64,000 nt of DNA from Hydrolagus affinis (lineage: Eukaryota): the NCBI GenBank assembly GCA_012026655.1, contig JAAILG010000100.1:62001-126000 (forward strand), written 5' to 3'. The position numbers and the translations under genes were made by a program. The notes under the pieces were generated by a model that was not told the DNA's origin, searched no databases, and was given only the letters and a program-made list of their open reading frames with translations. Below are positions 37,178-50,099 of this stretch, piece after piece (the stretch's first letter is position 1; each line of letters begins with the position of its first letter).

Positions 37178-38654
37178 CTAAAAACACAATAAGAAACTTG
37201 TATTCAATTCAAAAGGATTAATAGTTGATAAATACAGTATTTACAATGAAAATGCATAGAGCTACAAATGCAAGTCAATTTTTAAAATATTTTGAACTTC
37301 AGAAATTCTTACTGTATAACTCACACAATATAGAAAATATTCATGTCTACAATCTCTGGAGTTTGGAGGCCAGTGTTGCCTTCCAGATTGTCCAGTATGT
37401 ATTAGTTACCCCCAATGTTTTTTTAACACGTCAATTGCCCCAACTTTGCTGAATTTTAATTTAAGAAAACTTGAACTTAAATGGCTATTACTTATTACAA
37501 TCAAAATGTCAAATAACTTAATTGCCATTAAAACTATCAGAAGAACCTTTTCAGATTTTTAACAAAAACGGTATTCTGTATTGCTTATTCTGTATGCTTT
37601 TTACCATGATCTCATTGGACATGCTTGAAGGCAACTGGTAGTGGACTTAAATATGCTCACATTGAAGCCTGACATGGCACATTCCTTAAAGCTCCTGACG
37701 TCTTGCTTAGTGCTTTCACAAAGTAACCAGGTTTGTTACAGCAACGCCAACAACACAAAGCTGCTTTTACTCCTGCCCCGGAAACATTTTAGCAAGAAAC
37801 TCAAAAGAGCAGCTAACTGATGCACTATTTATTTTCCAACTCCCACACAAGCCATCTTGATGACTCATTGGGGAGCATTATCCACAAAGGAGATATTAGG
37901 GTTAGGGTTACATATCAATAGTGATGGGATAAGGGAAGGTGTCAGGAGATTTGAGTTCAGAGTCTGTTTTTTTTAATTATAAAGCATTTCGAATGAAGCA
38001 AAAATAAAATAGGATTTACTGTTTTATATGTACAGCATCTTACTTTAAATACAAGGTCGAAAGTTAATTCTCCCAGAAACACTATTATTTTGATGCTAGT
38101 TGGAGATTTCTATGCCTTCCCTGCAACGATAAACCAATTAATCCAGAATTCGCTATTGCAAGGACCAGCATTTATTGTTAAGAGAAAAAACATTGGCAAG
38201 CAGAAAAATTGCACAATAACTACTTTTCCCATAAATAGCCGCATGCTTAGCAAAGATGACATGCTCTACGATTAAGTGAAAAGTTCATCCTAAATGGATG
38301 CTGGGCAGATAGATCCAGAAACTGCTGCAATTGAATCAACCTACTGGATGTTGGCTTTTCTTTTTCTTTCACAGATGCAGCACATAATCAGAGGAAAGCT
38401 GATGCAAACATGAGGGAGAAGTGAATAAAAGCATCTGGGAGGAGATTAAGGGATATGGAGAATCATCTGCGATATACACACCAGGGCGGACTAGTTATAT
38501 CCGAACGATCAGGGAAACTTGATTAATATCATTTGTTAAAAGTTAAGAAAAAAACAAGTTTTCATGTCGCTGAAGCTAATATGTTATACACTTCTCAATT
38601 TAATATCAAACAGTTTCTTACCTCTTCTAAACCAAGCAGTCTAAGATTTCTTAC

Positions 38655-38807
38655 CCTCTCATAATAACATATATTGTTTTCAGCCAAGCCATGGAAGGCT
38701 GATCGCAGGTCACTTTGCATGTTTAGATTCCACCTTTCCCAATCAGCTTTCAAATTGCTGTTTGCACACTCAACTTTATCTTCATACTTTCCAATTTCTA
38801 GCTGAAG
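38655..38807 (-). CDS. SNX7: SNX7 exon 8 (153 nt): LQLEIGKYEDKVECANSNLKADWERWNLNMQSDLRSAFHGLAENNICYYER
   Basis: Translated by hand. Boundaries tttttag| ... agg|gtaaga. Contains the LKADWERW BAR motif. Confidence 0.95.
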
Positions 38808-39938
38808 CTAAAAATAAAAAATGATTTTCATTAATGTGCATCCATGCATGTATTATTATATTCCTGCTATATACTATAAAATAGAAAAAATGAATATAGG
38901 AAAATAGGTCATGTTTGAGTATGAACCAGGGAAAATTATGTTTCTATGATGGCATTACCAACAACTAGCTATGGTACATTGAAAAAAAAGGAAGGTCTTC
39001 AGGAAAACAACTATAACTATACTGAATAGGTAGTTAAACCATGTTAACAATAAGCAATGATTTTCATCAGTTTGCTAACAATGTCATTCAGCCACCGCAG
39101 AATTTGTTTACTATGTGTAGTTGAAATTTAGACAGCACAAATTTACCATATCTCAATCATGATTTCTCCACCTTAACATTCTTTGTTTTTAAATCACCCT
39201 TTTCCATCCTTTATATTTCCATTGTTACAATGTTAACTGTTAGTTTGCAATTTCATCTGTGGCCTTGTCAATTAGGAATCCAGTTTCCTGTCTTTTCCTG
39301 TCTTTTACAATGAGTTCTTTCATCTGTATAAACACTCCTTTTAATAGCTACTTTCTTATAAAATGAACTAATTTATCTAATGTTTGTCATGCAATTTCAA
39401 GGTTCCCAATTTTGAACTCATGTCCTGTTAATGATAAGAAAGAATAGGTTTTACCTGCTCAAGATGTGCAGAAAAATCAACATTAGATTTTTCTAGAATT
39501 TCTATCTTAAATAGCTAGTGCACTAGCACAGTACAAAACAACATGCCACACAATGACCAAAGTGTTCAAACTTAGTCAAACCATCAAGTTAAGGTCCAGA
39601 GCAGAAACCACAAACATTCTAACAAGGTAGAACTGAATCACCGATTAATCAGAATTCTATTACAATATTTGGCATTTTGGGTACAGTGCCATCTATTGAT
39701 TGCCTGTAGTATTGTGCAGTAGAGTATTGTAGAACTAACATGTTAATCCGAATAAACCAGCAAACAAATGCTTAAAATTAAACCACTGTATTCCTGTTAA
39801 TATGAGAAAGAGGTACTTTTGAGGGGTATGGGATGGGTGGGGCTGGAGATCATTGGAGGTTAAAGAGTGTTAAAATAAATTGAGCTGTATTTTATGTTGT
39901 CCAACACAATAAAAGATTTTAAAATGCAAATATAGTAA

Positions 39939-40230
39939 CAATAATAATCCTTACAGTTGACATAGCTTTTCATGTCTTCTATACGTCTCAAAGCATTTCA
40001 CAGAATATATTGTAAAGTGAATTGAGTGTATATTTTGTGGGCAAAACGTGGCAGCCAATTGCGCACAACAGTGTCCCACAAACAATCGTGGATCGAAGTG
40101 ACCAATTCTTTTGGAGAGAATATTATCAGGCATGTGGAGTAAGCAAACTTGCCCAAGGTTTTGCCTTGCCTGGAATCCAACCCATTTCGATTCCAGGCGA
40201 GTGCTCTACCTACTGAGCTACAGGACTCCA
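39939..40230 (-). mobile_element. Full-length tRNA-SINE copy in SNX7 intron 7 (sense to SNX7)
   Basis: Reverse complement of the family consensus. Confidence 0.9.
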
Positions 40231-40830
40231 ATAAAGAGCAACTACAGAATTATTCAGAAGTTAAACAGTATACACCAATTGTTCAAATCAGACAGAAAAG
40301 AAAGGAACAAGGCATTTTCATTGGCTGGTGAAGGTTAACTAAACATTGGTGTACAAATATGTACCTTGTGAATAAGTGAAAAACTGAATATCAATAATCT
40401 ATGTACTCTGACAAATAGAGCTTGTTCCTGACAGTAAAACAAACATTTGAAGTTTCAAAGTTTGGCAAAGGAATTTAGGTTGATTGTTGTGCATATTATG
40501 GTACACTACCTCTTCAATCTCTTGATCAATCTTCTGCTGCTTCTGTTGTTTTATTTCCTCTGTGTTTTTACCCAGGAAGGCACCAAATGTAAAGCTTAGA
40601 TCGGTGTATGACAGCTGAATGAAGTGAATATAATGGATTTTAATCAAAAGATCATAATTACCTTTGTCCTATATTTGCCAAATGTTTTTTATTACAATTA
40701 AATATTTAGTTTTACAATTTGTATCCCTAAATATTTATGCAAGCTCAAATATAAACGTTGATGCTTAATACCAAAATAAAATAGATAAGAATTCACTAAT
40801 TCAAGAATATTCATGCTTTTGTACACTCAC

Positions 40831-40917
40831 CATTTCTTTATCAGCCTTCTTACTATCTATGGCATCAATTCGTGATTCATATTCTGCCTGAATTATGTCT
40901 CTTCTCTTCAACACAGA
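40831..40917 (-). CDS. SNX7: SNX7 exon 7 (87 nt): SVLKRRDIIQAEYESRIDAIDSKKADKEM
   Basis: Translated by hand. Boundaries ttttcattag| ... atg|gtgagt. Contains the KRRD.IQAE motif. Confidence 0.94.
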
Positions 40918-41049
40918 CTAATGAAAACAATGGTATATATTACATAAAATACATTTAATATTTCACAATGCTTTGCTGGTCAGCATTTAACAAGGGTCAG
41001 TAAAAGTGCCTTAAGCATACTTATAGCGAAAGCTTCACCCTACTAAATA

Positions 41050-41249
41050 CAGTAAAAGCCCGTTTATCTGTGACCTGATCAACCGTAACTTCCGTATAAC
41101 TGGCACCTCAAAAAAAGGTCCCCATTCGATTAATCGGAATTTATCCGGCACAATATATATTTTTTAATTTGTTTTCAGCCGAATATCCGGTACGGGTTTA
41201 ACCGGCATTGGCCAGGTCCCGAGGGTGCCGGATAAACAGGCTTTTACTG
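41050..41249. mobile_element. Tc1/mariner-superfamily (Tigger/pogo-like) MITE, 200 bp, SNX7 intron 6
   Basis: TA|cagtaaaagcccgtttatctg ... cggataaacaggcttttactg|TA: ~21-bp TIRs and a TA duplication. Second copy at 46871. Confidence 0.9.
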
Positions 41250-41378
41250 TACTGCATTCTAGTCTCTGTTCTGGAGATAAAAGTCTACAAATATAGCTAA
41301 TTTATTAACATCCAATCTTATTTATCAGAGTAGAACAAAAAGCCATATAATGCATTTCTATTCAGAACATTTCAATAC

Positions 41379-41578
41379 CTTTAGGGTTTCTGCACACAGA
41401 ACATATTCATGCAACACAGGAAGCAAGTCCTCCGACATGTTTACGGTAAGTCCTTCAGTAGTCTTGCAACAGTTTTCAATGCAGCTAGCTACTCCTTTTA
41501 AAGGTTCAACCAGTTCGTCATCAGATCCAGACCAAAGTGTATAGATGGGACCATATTCTTTCAGCTCAGCTGAATATT
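41379..41578 (-). CDS. SNX7: SNX7 exon 6 (200 nt): EYSAELKEYGPIYTLWSGSDDELVEPLKGVASCIENCCKTTEGLTVNMSEDLLPVLHEYVLCAETLK
   Basis: Boundaries tgcag| ... aag|gtattg. 199+200 restores phase 0. BAR domain. Confidence 0.96.
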
Positions 41579-42926
41579 CTGCACCAAAAGAAATTAACAA
41601 AAAGTATTTGACTTCAATCAGCTTTGAAACTGCCATCAAAACAAGAACAGGGCAGGAAAAATATGTTTTTCTTTCAGACAATACTAGGATTTTCTCTACC
41701 ATAAGGGAACAAATGGGAGTTCACAGGTCTGAAACTCTAAATGTCTGAACATATAAATGACACTTCCCAACATAAATTCTTTCCTTTTTGAAGCAGTTTG
41801 AAAGTACATTAGAATATGCACTGAAATGCTTCATCAAAACTCTACTGATATTTAACTATAACCTTAGAAATTGTCTAAAGTTCAGTATCAGTGATGTGAG
41901 AATTTTCATTTCAAGTGAAGTAAAAATCTACATTTGCTTAAAACGGATATAGAAAATCCTACCAATTGAAAAAAATTACATTCAATTATATAGATTTGCA
42001 AAAGTGTATTTAGATTAGATGGATTGGGAGTATCCGTTAGATGCCCAGAGCAAGAGTAGGTTGAGGGAAATATTTTTGAACTGAAAAACAAACAGAAAAA
42101 AAATCAGTGGAAAAGTCTTAGCTCTCAAATCATTTATTTGGGAACCTATATTGCTAATTATCTTCTAGACTCAGGGCAATGAAAGCTTCATACAGAAAAT
42201 CCATCTCACTTTGAGCTAATTAAAACAACCTTTCAGAACAAGGGATGACTAACAGTGTAAATGCATTAGACTCAGATGAACTCTTTGTTCCCTTTGCCAG
42301 TCTCAAGCACAATCCTGCAACGAAGAAAACTCATCCACAAGAAATTCAGCAAGGTGGAGCACTTGGGTTCAAAGCACTGCATATTTCTATTGGCTAAAAA
42401 TGTTCATATCGGAACAAATCAAGAAATGTGATACATAAAATGTTTGCGTGTGGAAACTGAATTTCTTTTAAAGAATGAAAGTTAGGCCTAACATTGGCAA
42501 TTCTCTCATTAGTTCAAACTTGTCATATAAATAAGGATACATCAGAAAACAGTAAAAACCATTGGTGGGCTCCTGCACTCGTTTCTTGTTGGCTTGAAGC
42601 ACACAAGCACCAACATGTTTACCCTGAGCTGTCATGTGTTTACAATGATGGAAAAACAGAACACAAACTGCTCAAAGTACAATAGTTTGCCTCCGAACAC
42701 AAAACAATTCCAACAGATATCTTTCTGTGTTGCATGTACACTTCAATTCCCTGCAATGGACACTTGAAAATATTATGCCTGAAGACACACATGGAACTAA
42801 ATGGCATTTTCAATATGAATGAAGCCATTGTAAACCGCATTTTAACAGCAAAGTAAAAAATGTATTTAAGCGACAATGGGCACAGTGTATTTCTTTTTAA
42901 AAAAAACAACAACTACAGTTGCCTAC

Positions 42927-43125
42927 CTTTTTGCTCTTTTAAAATTCTCTGGCTGATTTTATCCAATGTTCCTAATTTCTGGCGGAAAATGTCCACATAC
43001 TCATTCATGGCTGTGAATTCGTCAGGGCGATTCTTAACACTTCTCACTGTGCCAGCAACAGCCCTCACTGTTTCTCCCATTTTAACGATAAACCCTGGAC
43101 CAAGCTTCTTATGAGATGCTAACTC
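42927..43125 (-). CDS. SNX7: SNX7 exon 5 (199 nt): ELASHKKLGPGFIVKMGETVRAVAGTVRSVKNRPDEFTAMNEYVDIFRQKLGTLDKISQRILKEQK
   Basis: Boundaries aatgcag| ... g|gtaggc. Linker/amphipathic helix and start of the BAR domain. Confidence 0.96.
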
Positions 43126-43269
43126 CTGCATTAAACAATTAGAAGATGAAAGAGAAGAACTTGAAAGAAAGCACAAAATGAAATAATCTCCTCACTCTTG
43201 TTCTCCTATTTCCTTCTTGTCTAGATATTCTGTGTCCTACTAAACCTTACATTATCCAGATACTGTATT

Positions 43270-43325
43270 AAGCGCACTGAGACGCTGCCACATGAGAAGG
43301 GCACTATATAAACGCACCTTGTATT
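43270..43325 (+). mobile_element. 3' tail of another L2-like family
   Basis: aagcgcactgagacgctgccacatgagaagggcactatataaa has the same AAGCGC-stem-loop-CTATATAAA layout. Confidence 0.5.
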
Positions 43326-44276
43326 TTAAAGCTTCTCAGCCTCATATGAGATTTAAATATTTTGTTTCATCAATTCAGCAGAATGTTCACATTGTGAATT
43401 GTTCACAATTCAGTACAATGTTCACAATGCCGAAACAGTGTAAATGCTACTGGCAATACTCAATCTGTACTGCAGGAAAGACATCAAAACTATTGGGAGG
43501 AAGTATTTTGACTCGAAAATCGATTTGCACTACTGCAATTTTCAATGCGGGTTGTGGAAATCAGTTCAGCCTCCAGTCAAAAATGGACCATCCTACAACT
43601 TCTACCTGGTCATTTTTAATGTTACTTAAGAGCTGGTCGAACACCCAGTACTCCAACATTAAAAAAAACTAATCAGCGTTTACCATTAGTTAGCACTACC
43701 CTCATCAGCCCCTAGTGAAGGCAGTTTTGGAATGGAAAATATAAATTGCAATTTTCTGCTCCGAATCTCTTTACAGCTAGAAGCAATTTCAGGTCCCTTC
43801 TTGCAGTATAAATAAGCCTTTAGATGCAATCTGTGATGCATTTCTTCAGCTTGATCATACATAAGATATTTTGTTCTCCCAGACAGTAAATTCAACCTGC
43901 TTTTCTGTTTTTTTTTCCTATTATTGTTCTCTTTGGAATCAAAACATTCCCGACCTTCCTCAATTTTTCTGATATGTTTTAGCATTGGTATAGAGTGCCT
44001 ACCATTGCTATTGCTCAATTGTACACCCCAATTATAGTTCATAGTATTAAAACACAGACCAATAAACCAATGGAAATCAATAAATGATGAAACAAAGCAA
44101 AATAAACTTGTGACTGGGGGGTGCATAGTGTTGTCAGAAATGGGAAACATCCATATTCAGTAAGTTTTTTAACCATCATTTGAAAAACAGACATAAAATC
44201 TTGATTAAGTACAAAAGCACAAAATTATACACTTCCTATTTCAGCTACTTCAGTGAATATATATGATGGACTTTAC

Positions 44277-44441
44277 CCAGGCCTGTGCTGTTAGAAAAAC
44301 TTTGAAGTCTTCATTAAAAGAAAGAGTAGGATGGTCAGCAATTCGATTCAAAAATTTATGCAATGCTTTTCTGCGTGTCTCTATAAAGTCTTCATTAAAT
44401 CGTTCCACCATGCCGCGCATCACAAATTTCTCTGGTAATGG
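44277..44441 (-). CDS. SNX7: SNX7 exon 4 (165 nt): [55 protein letters not shown]
   Basis: Boundaries ttttccag| ... tgg|gtaaag. Contains the PX-domain PPLPEK and RR..L..FL motifs. Confidence 0.97.
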
Positions 44442-44764
44442 CTGGAAAAACAGGAGAAAACATCAGTTACTGTTTCAGTAGTGCAGCAACACAGTGCCCA
44501 CATACCCTAAATTTGAGTGCTGTTACTTTACTGTGCAATGAAAAACAATGCAACAGTTTAAATGTATACAGTACTGAGATTGTTTGTGTTTCCAAAATGC
44601 TGCACTGTAAGTCCATTCAGTTTGTGGGAATACTGACATTTGTGGAAAAAATAATCACAATAAGCTTACCAGTTCAAAAACTGCTAAATTTCATATTATA
44701 GTTTTCCACCTACAATCATCCTACCAGCTGAGCTTTGGCTCACTGTGCTGAGTCAATATCTATA

Positions 44765-44828
44765 CCAGTGGCTTGGGATGTCCCCCCGATGCAAAAGCAT
44801 TCTGCAAAGGTAGTTTTATTGTTGTTGT
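44765..44828 (+). mobile_element. Degenerate L2-like tail
   Basis: cagtggcttgggatgtccccccgatgcaaaagc...gttgttg. Confidence 0.6.
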
Positions 44829-45763
44829 ATACCTACAGGTCTAAATGATAAACATCGTGCAGCTGATCCATCAGTGCAGGGGATTATTTTGGAGCAAATT
44901 AAAGCCCAGGAAAAATTTTCTCTCACCTCCCCCCCACCCACTCCCAAAAAAGATAAACGGCTGAATGCACCAACCCAATGAGCTTTTGTTGCCAATATGT
45001 CATACTGAATTTACTGAACTGCAGGGATGTACTGTTATTTTAATCACACTTGTATGAGGATAATAATAGCCTTTGCAATAAGGTAGTAAGAACAAAGGCA
45101 CACTGTTAGAGGATTTGCATTTTTAGTTTGTCTTAAATTTGTCCAGATGTCAGTGGTCACAAAATACTGTATAAAAACCATGCCTGTGAAATAAATAGAA
45201 TATTATTCTGTGAGCATTATTTACTGTGTTATTCATTTGAGCAAACCATGTTGCTGAGCTACCTTCGATCACATTTGTGAAACACCTGCGACTTTGTGCC
45301 ATTACTGCATAACAATTCCAACTGGATTTAAACAGCATCTAACTAATCTTCAGCCAGCCAGAGAAATTGCAAAAATACATGCTCAACACAGGGCAACACT
45401 TTCTGAGCCATTACTGTTGGTGTAAAACATGAAGATTAAGTTGACAAAAAAAATGGTTTTAACATTAAACAGCAGCTGTTTTTTTCCTACAAAAAAACAA
45501 ACCATTTAAATGTCATTAAAATAACTAATTAGAAAACACAAAAATGCCTAATAAGAGAGCAAAGCAATGATAACTTGATTGTTCTGGTAAATATCAAATA
45601 TTTACCAACTCCTAATTTCGTCCCAAATTTATATCAGTACTTTTATATGAAACTTTGGAAACGTTAACCATTGTAATTAAAATGGCTATGTATTCTTTAT
45701 TTCATTGCTGTGGGAGCACTCAGCACTTGCAAGCCTCAGCCTACTCACTCTAATTTCACTTCA

Positions 45764-45870
45764 GAACAACAACCAAATTACATTTGTAGAAAGCCTTTCA
45801 CGCCAGGAGGATGTCCCAAGGTGCTGAACAGTCAGGGGTTGGGATCTGAGCAAGAGGCGTGGGGGTAGAA
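45764..45870 (-). mobile_element. L2-like 3' tail in SNX7 intron 3
   Basis: aacaacaaccaaattacatttgtagaaagcctttcacgccaggaggatgtcccaaggtgctg. Confidence 0.78.
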
Positions 45871-45947
45871 ACACTTTCAGCCAGTGTTTACAAAATACTG
45901 TACACTTACAATATAATAGAACATTTTGAAACATTGTTATCACATAC

Positions 45948-46058
45948 AGGAATAATTAAAGTGGAATGTTCTTCTTCTAGTTTGCCTTTTAACCACAAGA
46001 AATCCTGATAACGTCGACGAACCACATACTCGCACGAGTCAAACTCGCTGCGAGTTGT
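45948..46058 (-). CDS. SNX7: SNX7 exon 3 (111 nt): [37 protein letters not shown]
   Basis: Boundaries tttttcag| ... cct|gtatgt. Contains the PX-domain RRY.DF.WL phosphoinositide-binding motif. Confidence 0.97.
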
Positions 46059-46462
46059 CTGAAAAACAAAACCAAAGAATTGGAGAAACAGAAAGAACAA
46101 GACAAACACTACAGTAATAAATTATCTTGAAACAGACTTTCAAGCCAATATGTTGTAAATCTATTTTCCCCAAAATGCTACAGGTAAAAGAGTTTACCAA
46201 GCAATTTGATGTAGAAAGAAGAGGAATAATCTTCTGCCTCTCTTCAGTGCCAGGCTCAATTCACCCATTAACATCATAGCATTTATCTGACTTTCATTTT
46301 TTAAAAAAAAAGCTAAAATATTGTTGAACATTAAAATGGCTTAAAAATATTCTTGTGACTCATTCATTATATAGTTCAACAACAAGCTTATGTTATCTTC
46401 CACCGGAAATTGATACCAGAATGAACACTGAAATCACCAACCATCAGACCATAAATACGTTC

Positions 46463-46499
46463 TTGATATTCTTGATACCCTTGATATTCTTGATACCCA
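46463..46499. repeat. 18-bp tandem duplication
   Basis: cttgatattcttgatacc x2. Confidence 0.85.
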
Positions 46500-46870
46500 G
46501 CACAAAAGTGATCAAAGATATTGGTCTTCATAGTTCTTTTAAGTCTAATGATCTAGAATAAGACCAAAACTCGTTCCCATCTACTTGAATAACCAGCCAT
46601 AATTACCTAATTCATAACCTTTCTAATTCCATACTGATATGTCTGGTTACGCCTTGCTTCAGCAATACTCTTTTACTGGAGAACCATAACTGAGAGTACT
46701 CATATGTTCATAAACCAGAATTTGTTAATGCACATTATTTCTGCACATTTTACTGTTCCTGTGCTATACTTTGAGGTGTGTACCAACCAAGAGGATATCA
46801 GAACCATATCAGATATGAAATTATATATTATGTGCAGAAATTAGATACCCCAAATTAATTACAGTATATA

Positions 46871-47076
46871 CAGTAAAAGCCTATTTATCCGTGACCCGAT
46901 TAACCGTAACTTCCGTAAAAAAAGGTCCCCATTCGATTAACCGGAATTTATCCAGCGCAATGTATTTTTTGTTATTTAAATTTTTTTGGTGTGTGTTTTC
47001 GGCCGAATAGCTGGCACACGCTTTAACCGGCATTGGCCAGGTCCCGAGGGTGCCAGATAAACGGAGGCTTTTACTG
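46871..47076. mobile_element. Second copy of the same MITE, SNX7 intron 2
   Basis: TA|cagtaaaagcctatttatccg ... cagataaacggaggcttttactg|TA. Shares the internal ttaaccggcattggccaggtcccgagggtgcc. Confidence 0.9.
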
Positions 47077-47464
47077 TACATGTTTGCTGATTTCAATACG
47101 GTATGAAGACCTTTCTAAAAATTTAAAGCACTAGTTTTGGCTTGTTCTACTGGAAAAATAATGATAATCCACTACCGACCTGAAAACTAATCATTACACT
47201 AATTGGCTTGTACCAAAAGCACATGTTAGCTCCTTTGTTAAACACCAATCAAGCACAAAGTAAAGACTCATAGAGCATTTTTGTTAATTAATTTCCACAA
47301 AGATTCACAATTGCTTATGGTTCTGTTGATAAAAAATATTCTGTTGTTGTTTTTCCCCCCATTGAAAAGTTCCACTAATATACATTATGATAAAAATACA
47401 ATTAGATATTATATTGTAATATCCCCATTATCCCCTTCAATCAATATTTAGTAGGTCTTTTTAC

Positions 47465-47647
47465 CTTTGTAGTAATCCTGTAAGTGACAAAGGTCTCAAT
47501 TGTTGTTACATGATTTTCTGGGTCATCTACAGTAACAAAGAGATCTTTGCTGTCTGTCTCATCTTCCAAAGTATGTTGATTGATCATGGAGGCAGGTGAA
47601 GTTGGCATAGAAATACTGAATGAACTGGCATCGGTGAAACTTGCATC
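47465..47647 (-). CDS. SNX7: SNX7 exon 2 (183 nt): DASFTDASSFSISMPTSPASMINQHTLEDETDSKDLFVTVDDPENHVTTIETFVTYRITTK (start of PX domain)
   Basis: Translated by hand. Boundaries ctttcaacag| ... aag|gtaa, phase 0/0. Confidence 0.95.
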
Positions 47648-48195
47648 CTGTTGAAAGATAGATCACGTTAACCTTCACGTGTCATGAAATTAGCCCAAGA
47701 TAATGTGATGGGCATTCAGATGAAGCCACAAATGGCCCCAAAACATGGTTTGCCAGATACCCATCACTTCTGGAGTATAAAGATAGAATGTTTTGTTAGT
47801 TTTGTATCTGCTTTAAAAGTAGTATCAGATTATTCACTTGAACATAGGTAAAAGGCACAGAAATACTACAGTGAGTAAGCGAACACAGAACCTGACTCAA
47901 AATGATACAAAATGTTCTGCCAAAACATGGAAATTGCAAACTGATATTTGACTATTCAAATATATTATAATAATCCTTGCATTTAATATAGATTTAATTT
48001 TATCAAGATGCCTCATAGGATATATGGGAAAAGAACTAGAGGGTATACTGGCAATGACCCATAAAATAACTTTTTACACATGACTTTCCCCCCAGCACAA
48101 CGTATACAGGTATCCCTCCCCAAACGCGGGGGATACGTTCCTGTTGGAAAAATCGCGGTTGGAAAATGCAGGGCCCTATGGGAAACACGGGGATA

Positions 48196-48295
48196 NNNNN
48201 NNNNNNNNNNNNNNNNNNNNNNNNNNNNNNNNNNNNNNNNNNNNNNNNNNNNNNNNNNNNNNNNNNNNNNNNNNNNNNNNNNNNNNNNNNNNNNN
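48196..48295. other. Assembly gap (100 N)
   Basis: A run of exactly 100 N, so the true size is unknown. Confidence 1.
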
Positions 48296-48575
48296 GAGGG
48301 TGGGTGGGGAGGGGGGGGGGGTGACACGGAGGGCTGGGGGGGCTGTCTGACTGATCTACAGAGAGAGAGAGAGAGACAGAGGGTGGGGGTGGGGGAACAC
48401 ATGGAGGGCTGGGGGGCTGTCTGACTGACTGATACAGACAGATATAGAGGGGGTGGGGGGAGGGGAAGAGAAGGTGAAATAGAGAGGTGAGAGAGAAGGG
48501 GGGGGGTGGGTAGAAGAGAAGGTGAAATAGAGAGGTGAGTCAGAGAGAGATACACTTACACAAGAGAGAGAGGAT
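48296..48575. repeat. G/GA-rich low-complexity region with duplicated units
   Basis: ggagggctggggggctgtctgactga x2, agagaaggtgaaatagagaggtgag x2, (GA)n and G runs. Confidence 0.85.
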
Positions 48576-48877
48576 GCAGATCCTGGCAGCCAATGCTCCC
48601 AAACTTAGCTAGGCTGCGGAGATGTGACAATAAATTCATGTTACTATATTTACTTTAATCCTAAGAGAGAAGCATTGTCGCTGGTTGATTGCAACATCGC
48701 AACTGGGTCCTGTTGTTCAAAAATTTAAACCCGCGGATTTAAATCGCAGGTGCGCAAAACGTGGTTTGCGAGGGTTGTCGCACTTAGCAAACTGTGGATG
48801 CATGAGTTTCGTGGTTGATGAGGCCACGGTTGAGACAGGGTTATTATAACACATGAATGTATCTGGAACACTGGAGT

Positions 48878-49080
48878 ACAGGAACAGGAGGAGGCCATTC
48901 AGTCCATTGAGTGTGTCCCACCAATATATTAAGCTTTTTAAGCAAATCTTTGAATCCCAATTCTCTACTCATTTCACCATACTCTTTAATATCTCTGCCA
49001 CACAAATATCTGTCCACCCCTGTTGATTTGCATCTGCATGGCTTTCTCGGGGCATCTTGAAATCTCTTTTCCTTTCAGAT
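48878..49080. mobile_element. CR1-like LINE relic
   Basis: ggaacaggaggaggccattcagtccattgagtgtgtcccacc, homologous to about 13500. Confidence 0.5.
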
Positions 49081-49174
49081 TTCAATACAGTACTATCTAA
49101 AGCCACTCACATGAGTGAATCTGCGAGCGTATTTGACGATATCCTAGAGTCCACCCTCTACAGTATCGAAGAGA

Positions 49175-49361
49175 CTAAAAAAACACAATAATAAATTGTT
49201 CATTTAAATCCAAGACCATTTGTGGGACACTGCTGTGTGCAATTAGCTACCACGTTTCGCCCAGACGGTCAATTCACTTTACTGTATATTGTGTAAGGGG
49301 TTTGAGACTTTTAGAAGACCTGAAAGGTGCTATATCAAATGCAAGGATTATTATTATTATT
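49175..49361 (+). mobile_element. 5'-truncated SINE in SNX7 intron 1
   Basis: aaaacacaataataaattg...ttgtgggacactgctgtgtgcaatt...tatatcaaatgcaaggattatt. Confidence 0.85.
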
Positions 49362-49774
49362 GTCTTCACAACCCCCCAGTGTCAGAAAGAAATGACTCCT
49401 CACCTCAATTCTAACTGTCTTAGTTCTGATTTTAAGACTTTGATCCCTTACAATGTCCAAGGTCCTTTCTAATACCCCTGGTATTAAGATTAAATTAACC
49501 GGTTATATAGTTAGGGAGGCGTTGCAAGAGCAGACAAACTTGGTACAAAGAGCTTGTAACAGGACTTCACAAACACTTCCAAGCATAACTTTCCAAGCAT
49601 TTCAAGACGGCCAGAGAGGCACTGGTATATGTATCGAGGACAAGGATACAGCTCTCTCTCTCTCTCTGGGTAGTGTGTGGTCACTGGGGCTCAAATTCGC
49701 TCATTGATTGCCAGGTTTGGTGTCAAAAAACAGCATTTTTGCGAATCACTTTCCATATACTGTACACAAGAAAC

Positions 49775-49806
<32 letters not shown>
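49775..49806. repeat. Compound (CA)n(GA)n microsatellite; further CA/GT tracts at about 50585, 50860 and 50943
   Basis: Direct reading. Confidence 0.9.
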
Positions 49807-50099
49807 AACCTTGGTCTGCACTTTACGGGAGAGGGTGAAAATCAGCGTCAACAGCGGCAAGCACGACAGTAAATCCGTGGCAATCTCTGTGTGTATCTTT
49901 AATATATATATATCTATACATATATACAGTATATGTTTAAAAAGTGGTAAGAATAGATGCGTAATGAACGGGGCGATGGCTTGCTGGGCTGAGAGCCGAG
50001 CTGGAATCAATCACTGCTGCGGACTCTTACACTGTGAACCCAACTCTGCCGTGAGTGAGTGAGTTCATCAACCACCAACTAACGAACCAACTAACTCCC

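Larger units (their letters stand above)
48107..48850. mobile_element. Possible Tigger-like DNA element spanning the assembly gap
   Basis: TA|caggtatccc...cgcgggggatacgttcc left end, and a CpG-rich right end with repeated cgcgg/cgtgg units. The termini match poorly. Confidence 0.35.

Noticed and set aside
37896-37910. Interstitial telomeric repeat (ttaggg)x2.5
   Set aside because: Too short to distinguish from chance.
48013-48555. 180-aa Pro/Ser-rich ORF
   Set aside because: Reads through the N gap and low-complexity sequence.
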